NCBI GenBank assembly: GCA_013378385.1
Contig: JACAFS010000027.1
Span: 1 to 13,864, forward strand
Direction of reading: 5' to 3'
DNA from: Nitrososphaerota archaeon
GTDB taxonomy: Archaea; Thermoproteota; Nitrososphaeria; Nitrososphaerales; UBA57
DNA: 13,864 nt
A program made the position numbers and the translations under genes. This document shows, one piece after another, positions 7,107-12,683 of this stretch. Within the stretch, counting starts at the first letter, position 1; the number at the start of each line of letters is the position of its first letter. The notes under the pieces are model-generated. The model worked only from the letters and a program-made list of their open reading frames with translations. It was not told the origin of the DNA and did not search any database.

Positions 7107-8053
7107 TGAAAGTGGTATATGTAACGGGATGTCTTGGATTCATAGGCTCATACGTTACTAGGAAGTGTCTCGAACGTGGTTGGATGGTGTATGGCATCGA
7201 TAAATGTACCTACGCCGCCAACAGGAATCTCATAGAAGAGTTTTCGGAATACTCAAACTTCACCTTCTTAGAAGAAGATATCAAAGACTTGAAGCATCTT
7301 TATGACTGCGACTACGTTATAAACACCGCTGCCGAGTCTCATGTTGGAAATAGTATCATAGATAGCGGGGAATTCATCAGTAGTAATATTGTGGGAGTTA
7401 GAAATCTTCTGGACTTGATTCGCAACAGACCAGAGAACTGCAACCGACGCCCCATCCTATTCCACTTCAGCACCGATGAGGTTTATGGCGACATTGAGGA
7501 CGGAGAGCATACTGAGGAACACTTGCTCCACCCAAGCAATCCATACTCTGCGTCTAAAGCGTCCGCAGACATGCTCGTTTTGGCATGGGCGAGAACATAT
7601 AACGTAGAGTACATTATTTTACGCCCCACAAACAATTATGGCATTGGACAATATCCAGAAAAACTCATCCCTCTCTCGGTAAAGAACATGATTAGAGGAA
7701 GGAAGGTTAGATTACACAATGGCGGTACGCCTATTCGTAACTGGCTTCACGCCGATGATACGGCAGAATCAGTAATGACAATCATCGATTCTGGCAATGT
7801 TAATGAGATATACAATGTTGCAGGAGGATTCGAACAAACGAATGCAGAGACAGTCAAAAAGATAGTGTCCGTTCATCACAACACTGATGATTGGAAACAA
7901 TATGTAGATTTCTCATATTCCAGACAAGGGCAAGATGTACGTTACGCCCTAAATGACGAAAAGTTGAGAGCCCTCGGCTGGAGCCCTAAAAAGGTTTTTG
8001 ATGAAGAGATAAAATCAATCGTTGAATACTACAAGAACAATTTTATTTGGTAA
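7106..8053 (+). CDS. rfbB: NDP-glucose 4,6-dehydratase, dTDP-glucose 4,6-dehydratase (RmlB/RfbB) type
   Basis: 'VYVTGCLGFIGSYV', 'INTAAESHV', 'FHFSTDEVYGD', 'PYSASKASADMLV', 'RPTNNYGIGQYPEKLIPL' and 'GGTPIRNWLHADDTAESV' match the RmlB signature blocks (STDEVYG, YSASKA, NNYGP.Q.PEKLIP, G.G...R.WL.V.DH). GGAGA at 7095-7099 favours ATG 7106 (TGATG junction). GTG 7103 is an alternative start. Confidence 0.88.
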   Translation: MKVVYVTGCLGFIGSYVTRKCLERGWMVYGIDKCTYAANRNLIEEFSEYSNFTFLEEDIKDLKHLYDCDYVINTAAESHVGNSIIDSGEFISSNIVGVRNLLDLIRNRPENCNRRPILFHFSTDEVYGDIEDGEHTEEHLLHPSNPYSASKASADMLVLAWARTYNVEYIILRPTNNYGIGQYPEKLIPLSVKNMIRGRKVRLHNGGTPIRNWLHADDTAESVMTIIDSGNVNEIYNVAGGFEQTNAETVKKIVSVHHNTDDWKQYVDFSYSRQGQDVRYALNDEKLRALGWSPKKVFDEEIKSIVEYYKNNFIW

Positions 8054-8925
8054 TGCTTATGTGGTACAAAGGTTTAAAAAGAAAAATAATAGACATTCCT
8101 TTATCGGTAGACTCTCCTCCTTGGCTTTCATCAACCCCATTACCAGAGAATCAATTGGCAGATCTTGGAAGAAGAGGAGATTTTGTTAATAAGTTTGAAG
8201 ATTATCAAATAGATAATAATCTTTCAGAATTGGTTAGCGGCAAGAGAATAGCCTATGTGTGTCCGTCTCCTCACTTGAGAGGGATGAAAATGGGCGAATA
8301 CATTGATTCGTTTGATTTAGTAGTTCGTGTTAACCAAGCTTTCCATATGCAAGAAGAGGATTGGGAAGATTATGGAAAAAGAACAGATATTTTAATGAAT
8401 TGCCTGAATTGTAATAAAATTGCAGCACTTGAAAAAGATATGGATTTCGCAAGAGACATGAAGTTTATTGTTTGTCCTATGGTTTCTATGTGGGATATAC
8501 AGAGAGTAGATGACTTTCTTGATAAAATCGGCGTACCTTGGCATAATGTAAGCGATGGATATCTATTTAAGATATTCAAAGAAGTGGGAACAACTTGTAA
8601 TACTGGACTGACTGGCGTTATGACGCTTCTGAACTATGACATAAAAGAGCTATATCTAACTGGAATGACTTTCTTCAATATGAACAAGTTTGGGCAAATA
8701 TATTATGGCAAATACCATAATGAAGCAGTCGCTAATAATAATTTTAGAGAAGATTCTGGAAAAGTTCCTAACTTTGCTGATTTGAGAATCGACATACACC
8801 AGCAACAGCCACAGATTAATTATTTCCACAAGATGGTGTATTTCCACTATGGAAAGAAGTTGACTTTAGATGAATATCTTACTAAAAACTTTGACTCCAC
8901 TATACAGAAGGTTAAAAATAAATGA
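8053..8925 (+). CDS. Sialyltransferase-like transferase with GT29-type sialyl-motif L/S/III-like blocks. The likely donor is a CMP-activated ulosonic acid.
   Basis: 'KRIAYVCPSPHLRGMKMGEYIDSFDLVVRVNQAF....EDYGKRTDIL' parallels sialyl motif L (C.vVGN...L.....G..ID..D.V.R.N.AP......DVG.KTT). 'CNTGLTGVMTLLNYDIKELYLTGM' parallels motif S (PSTG......A...CD.V.vYGF). 'IYYGKYH' parallels motif III (HYY[DE]). I chose ATG 8053 (TAATG junction). TTG 8047 and ATG 8059 are alternatives. That it is a CDS is secure; the function is a motif-level guess. Confidence 0.5.
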   Translation: MLMWYKGLKRKIIDIPLSVDSPPWLSSTPLPENQLADLGRRGDFVNKFEDYQIDNNLSELVSGKRIAYVCPSPHLRGMKMGEYIDSFDLVVRVNQAFHMQEEDWEDYGKRTDILMNCLNCNKIAALEKDMDFARDMKFIVCPMVSMWDIQRVDDFLDKIGVPWHNVSDGYLFKIFKEVGTTCNTGLTGVMTLLNYDIKELYLTGMTFFNMNKFGQIYYGKYHNEAVANNNFREDSGKVPNFADLRIDIHQQQPQINYFHKMVYFHYGKKLTLDEYLTKNFDSTIQKVKNK

Positions 8926-10046
8926 AACTTGTAGCAATGATACCTGCTCGACTGGGCAGCAAAAGAATACCCAAGAAAAACATAAGACTGCTCAATGGCA
9001 TTCCTCTTATTTCTTACATTATTCGTGCCGTAAAAGAAAGCCAATGTTTTGATGAGATATATGTAAACACAGAGTCAGATATAATCGGAGAGATAGCCTT
9101 GTCCGAGGGTGTCAAGTTTTACAAAAGACCGTCTCACTTATCAACAGACTCCGCAACAAACGATGATTTTTCTTTAGACTTTATAAAGAATGTTGAGTGC
9201 GACGTCATGGTACAGGTTCTAGCCACTTCTCCTTTTCTATCTGTAAAAGATATCAAATCTTTTGCAAAGATGGCTATTGACGGAGATTACGACACTTTAG
9301 TTTCTCTGAACAAGCAACAGATTGAATGCGTCTACGACGGCAATCCTATCAATTTTGATAAGAAGAAGCCTTCGCCACCGTCACAGCACGTAACGCCAGT
9401 CGGAGCATATGCCTGTGGTTTGATGGCTTGGAGAAGCGAGAATTACAAAGACAATATGGAGAAGTATGGCTGCGGATATCACGGAGGCGACGGTAAAGTG
9501 GGATATTATACCCTAACTGGGCACTCTACTATTGACGTTGACGAGGAAGAAGACTTCCAGTTGGCAGAATTAGTCGCAAGACACTTGGCGTCCAGACAGA
9601 ATTATGAACCAAGGTATTACGGAGACGGACTGCATGTAGAAGTTGACGTGCCGAGTATATTAGCCAAGGATGGAGTAAACACTAATGATTTACATTCAGC
9701 GAATAGTGAAACCCCAGTAAGTGTGAAAGAGATTATAAGCAGTTTTGACGACTCAGTTTCTTGGAGCAAGAGAGTAGTTAATACTGAGAATAACAGCGCC
9801 ACATTGATACATCAGATGCCAGGAGAAGGCAATCGAGCGCACTATCATCCAGAATGGAATGAGTGGTGGTACATCATTGACGGACAATGGGAATGGAACA
9901 TCGAGGGCGAAAAAATAATAGTTAAAAAAGATGATATAGTTTTTATACCAAAAAATAGAGTACATCACATTACCGCTGTCGGAGACAAGCCTGCCATAAG
10001 GCTGGCGGTTAGCCGAGAAGATGTAGAACATGTGTATCCCGAGTAA
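8922..10046 (+). CDS. Fusion protein: an N-terminal acylneuraminate/ulosonate cytidylyltransferase domain (NeuA/CTP_transf_3 type, about 8922-9590) and a C-terminal cupin domain (about 9705-10043)
   Basis: The N-terminus 'KLVAMIPARLGSKRIPKKNIRLLNGIPLISYIIRAVKES.CFDEIYVNTESD', 'KRPSHLSTDSAT' and 'HSTIDVDEEEDFQLAELV' form the NeuA-family signature. The C-terminus has two-motif cupin signatures 'GEGNRAHYHPEWNEWWYIIDG' and 'DDIVFIPKNRVHHI'. It starts with an ATGA overlap. Confidence 0.8.
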   Translation: MKLVAMIPARLGSKRIPKKNIRLLNGIPLISYIIRAVKESQCFDEIYVNTESDIIGEIALSEGVKFYKRPSHLSTDSATNDDFSLDFIKNVECDVMVQVLATSPFLSVKDIKSFAKMAIDGDYDTLVSLNKQQIECVYDGNPINFDKKKPSPPSQHVTPVGAYACGLMAWRSENYKDNMEKYGCGYHGGDGKVGYYTLTGHSTIDVDEEEDFQLAELVARHLASRQNYEPRYYGDGLHVEVDVPSILAKDGVNTNDLHSANSETPVSVKEIISSFDDSVSWSKRVVNTENNSATLIHQMPGEGNRAHYHPEWNEWWYIIDGQWEWNIEGEKIIVKKDDIVFIPKNRVHHITAVGDKPAIRLAVSREDVEHVYPE

Positions 10047-10052
10047 AATAAA

Positions 10053-10934
10053 ATGAATAAATCTGAAATTAATGAAATATCTATGGAAGATACAATATTT
10101 TTAATAGGTTCTGGACCTTCTTTAAATAAAATAGACATGTCCTTGTTGAAAGATGTAAATACAATGTCACTGAATAGACAGTATATTGCTTATGAAGAGT
10201 GGGGATTTTTTCCAACATATTACACCATTATAGATAGAAAACTTGTAAAAGCAATATTCATGAAGGACTTGTGTCCGCTCCTAATAGAAAATCCAAAATG
10301 TACAATAGAGAAGTATTTTGTACTCCAACCACCTTTAGACGCCGCTGATGTGCCTCGCGATATGTTAGCGATGTCTTATTCAAGAAACAAATCAAATAAG
10401 TCCTTCGACATCACAGAAGAATTTATTCAAGGTGATGACGGTCCACTCTGGTATTCTCACGAAGATGTTTTGATAATGCCTGAAAGAGCGGGCTGCGATG
10501 TGCGAATATCAGATTATAATATTGAAAAACTAATTTCAAATCCGAAGATGTGTTCGACTCTAGAAAATTTCTCAGCCTCGACTCTCGATTTTTGTGGTAA
10601 CGGGGGAGCCTTTGCGACAACTCTTTGTGCCCATTTAGGCTTTAAAAGAGTGGTTCTTTTGGGAATCGATGCTTTTTATTCTGGTCGTGATTGTTCAGTA
10701 AAAGCGGGCATTGACTTGGAACATTTTCATCCTCAATATTTTGATCCAGAAACATTCCCAGAAGGCGAGACTCAAGGAAGTCCAGATAAATCCAATGGAA
10801 TACTGCCGTGGAAAAAACTATCTGAGATGCAACCAGATGTTTCTTATCAAATATTATCTTGCACGCCTGATTCTATTATAAACGATTATTTGGATTATGT
10901 GAATCTTGAGGATTTGTTGGGGAGTTATGCTTGA
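10053..10934 (+). CDS. Second sialyltransferase-like protein (CstII/GT42-like, or DUF115/Maf-like fold), 293 aa
   Basis: 'IFLIGSGPSLNKIDMSLLKDVNTMSLNRQY' resembles the CstII N-terminus as I recall it (VIIAGNGPSLKEIDYSRLPNDFDVFRCNQFY). 'GNGGAFATTLCAHLGFKRVVLLGIDAFY' resembles CstII 'ITSGVYMCAVAIALGYKEIYLSGIDFYQ'. 'YQILSCTPDSIINDYLDYV' resembles 'IKLYCLCPNSLLANFIELA'. An alternative ATG lies at 10083. Confidence 0.5.
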   Translation: MNKSEINEISMEDTIFLIGSGPSLNKIDMSLLKDVNTMSLNRQYIAYEEWGFFPTYYTIIDRKLVKAIFMKDLCPLLIENPKCTIEKYFVLQPPLDAADVPRDMLAMSYSRNKSNKSFDITEEFIQGDDGPLWYSHEDVLIMPERAGCDVRISDYNIEKLISNPKMCSTLENFSASTLDFCGNGGAFATTLCAHLGFKRVVLLGIDAFYSGRDCSVKAGIDLEHFHPQYFDPETFPEGETQGSPDKSNGILPWKKLSEMQPDVSYQILSCTPDSIINDYLDYVNLEDLLGSYA

Positions 10935-11614
10935 ATCTTGATTTCAAAAATAAGACAGTTTTAGTCACTGGAGCCACCAGAGGTATCGGAAAATGCATTT
11001 CTGATGATTTCAAGGCATTGGGAGCAGATGTCATATCTTTTCCAAGTTCGATTTATGATCTCACAGACAGAAAAGAACTGCATGATTTTATAGAACATAT
11101 AGAGACTCTTCAGGTAGATATTTGTATAAACAACGCAGGTATAAATAAAATTAATTATGTAGAAGATGTTCTCGAAGAGGATTACGACAAAATAATGCAC
11201 ATCAACGCCAAAGCGCCATTCATGATATCTCAGGCAGTGTCTAAGGCAATGAAGGCGAGAGAATACGGTAGAATAGTCAATATAGCATCCATATTTGGAC
11301 ATTGTACTAAAGAAAAAAGATCTTGTTATACAACTTCTAAATTTGCACTCGTCGGGATGACAAAGACTCTCGCAGTCGAAATGGCTCCTTATAACGTCCT
11401 CGTCAATTCTGTGTCACCTGGATTCACCGCAACTGAACTGACAACAAGGGTTTTAGGAACAGAGGGAATTGCTGAGATGTGCAAACAAGTTCCAATGAAG
11501 AGAATGGCGATGCCAGATGAGATATCAAAAGTAGTTTTATTTCTATCCAGCGAACACAACACGTATCTTACTGGACAAAATATAATTGTTGACGGAGGCT
11601 TCGTAAATGTTTAG
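10931..11614 (+). CDS. Classical short-chain dehydrogenase/reductase (FabG / PtmA-like), 227 aa, TTG start
   Basis: 'TVLVTGATRGIGKCI' (TGxxxGxG), 'NNAGI', the Ser...YxxxK set in 'NIASIFG...YTTSKFALVGM', and 'SVSPGF'. GGGGAG at 10919-10924 lies 6 nt before TTG 10931, and no in-frame ATG precedes the Rossmann motif. Confidence 0.85.
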   Translation: MNLDFKNKTVLVTGATRGIGKCISDDFKALGADVISFPSSIYDLTDRKELHDFIEHIETLQVDICINNAGINKINYVEDVLEEDYDKIMHINAKAPFMISQAVSKAMKAREYGRIVNIASIFGHCTKEKRSCYTTSKFALVGMTKTLAVEMAPYNVLVNSVSPGFTATELTTRVLGTEGIAEMCKQVPMKRMAMPDEISKVVLFLSSEHNTYLTGQNIIVDGGFVNV

Positions 11615-12683
11615 CGTCGATTCGCACAAGGGAAAATACCACGTCGTGTTCGGCACGCCTTTGGAAGAAGCTGTCAAGAGTTGTATTCAGGATACTGATT
11701 TTTTAGTAATAGACAAATGCGTATATGATAAGTATCCCATTTTCCACCGCCTAATTGATTCCGAAAGGATTTACATTCTTAGGGCGGGAGAAGAGACTAA
11801 GACTTTGCAAACATGTCAAGAGCTTATATCTATTTTGATATCCAGCGGATTCAAGCGAAATCACAAACTTGTAGCAGTTGGGGGAGGAATTACGCAAGAC
11901 ATAACGTCTTTTACGGCGTCTGTTCTTTTCCGAGGCATTGGGTGGAAGTTCTTTCCAACCACCTTGTTAGCGCAAGCAGACAGTTGTATCGGCAGCAAAA
12001 CATCAATCAATTTCTCAAACACTAAGAATCTATTAGGATCTTTCCACCCACCAGAGCAAATTATATGTTGCACCGAGTTCTTAAAAACACTTCCTCGCAA
12101 TGATATTAAATCTGGAATCGGCGAGATGCTGCATTATTATATTTATGCCGACAGCAGTCTTCTAGAGGACATGACGAGAGAATATAATAAACTTGTAGAA
12201 AATCCGTGCGAACTGATGGGGCGATACATCGAAGAGAGTTTGTCTATAAAAAGAGAGATGATACAGCGAGATGAGTTTGACAAAGGAGAACGAAGGGTTT
12301 TTAATTATGGGCATACGTTTGGACACGCTATCGAGGCTTTGAGTAACTACGAGGTAAGCCACGGACTGGCTGTCACTATAGGAATGGACATTGCCAACTA
12401 TGTTGCCTTAAAAAACAACATCATTGATGAAGAAACCTATCTCTATTTTCATAAGCACTTAAAGAATAACTTGACGCCATACTACATAGATAATGACAGA
12501 ATTGAGGATTATTACAATCTGTTAATGAAAGATAAAAAGAATACAGATAGTGATATTGTCTGCATCTTGCCGTATGGTATAAAAGATTTAAGAATAACTA
12601 AAGTTAGCGATAGTAACACAGATATATCAATTGATAAACTTAAGAGAGACTTGGTGGACTATATGGAGGATAAATGTCTTTAG
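11607..12683 (+). CDS. 3-dehydroquinate synthase-family enzyme (sugar-phosphate cyclase superfamily), 358 aa
   Basis: 'GEETKTLQTC...R..KLVAVGGGITQDITSFTASVLFRGIGWKFFPTTLLAQADSCIGSKTSINFSNTKNLLGSFHPP', 'SGIGEMLHY', 'IKREMIQRDEFDKGERRVFNYGHTFGHAIE' and 'SHGLAVTIGM' track the DHQS blocks (GGG..gD..GF.A....RGi....PTTLLaqvDSS.GGKt.iN....KN..G.F..P; LN.GHT.gHAiE; HGeAV.iGm). GGAGG at 11594-11598 lies 8 nt upstream of the ATG. Confidence 0.8.
   Translation: MFSVDSHKGKYHVVFGTPLEEAVKSCIQDTDFLVIDKCVYDKYPIFHRLIDSERIYILRAGEETKTLQTCQELISILISSGFKRNHKLVAVGGGITQDITSFTASVLFRGIGWKFFPTTLLAQADSCIGSKTSINFSNTKNLLGSFHPPEQIICCTEFLKTLPRNDIKSGIGEMLHYYIYADSSLLEDMTREYNKLVENPCELMGRYIEESLSIKREMIQRDEFDKGERRVFNYGHTFGHAIEALSNYEVSHGLAVTIGMDIANYVALKNNIIDEETYLYFHKHLKNNLTPYYIDNDRIEDYYNLLMKDKKNTDSDIVCILPYGIKDLRITKVSDSNTDISIDKLKRDLVDYMEDKCL
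12665..12670 (+). promoter_or_regulatory. Shine-Dalgarno-like GGAGGA for the class III aminotransferase gene
   Basis: GGAGGA ends 3 nt before ATG 12674, inside the end of the DHQS-like gene. The spacing is short but usable. Confidence 0.4.

Noticed and set aside
5778-8053. By eye, the RfbH-like and RmlB-like genes look more GC-rich than neighbours such as 8053-8925. This could hint at a mosaic or horizontally acquired origin.
   Set aside because: I could only hand-count a few 60-nt lines, and the variation was large line to line. Higher GC is also expected in strongly conserved, Gly/Ala/Pro-rich enzyme cores. This is not a supportable claim without a computed sliding-window GC and codon analysis.
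8870-9052. A 60-aa + strand ORF in a third frame, spanning the 8925/8922 gene junction.
   Set aside because: It overlaps the end of the sialyltransferase-like gene and the highly conserved N-terminus of the cytidylyltransferase (MIPARLGSKRIPKKN), which is in another frame. Its own translation has no recognisable motif.
11813-12025. A 70-aa + strand alternative-frame ORF inside the DHQS-like gene.
   Set aside because: It overlaps the most conserved DHQS block (GGG...PTTLLAQADS...), which is in a different frame. The alternative-frame peptide has no family resemblance.
11607-12683. Reading the DHQS-family gene simply as housekeeping aroB of the shikimate pathway.
   Set aside because: This is not excluded, but I did not adopt it as the call. 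The gene is translationally coupled to an SDR and a LAT-like aminotransferase inside a glycan cluster. No other aro genes are present, and the EviK lysine is replaced by His. Phylogenetic placement is needed to decide.
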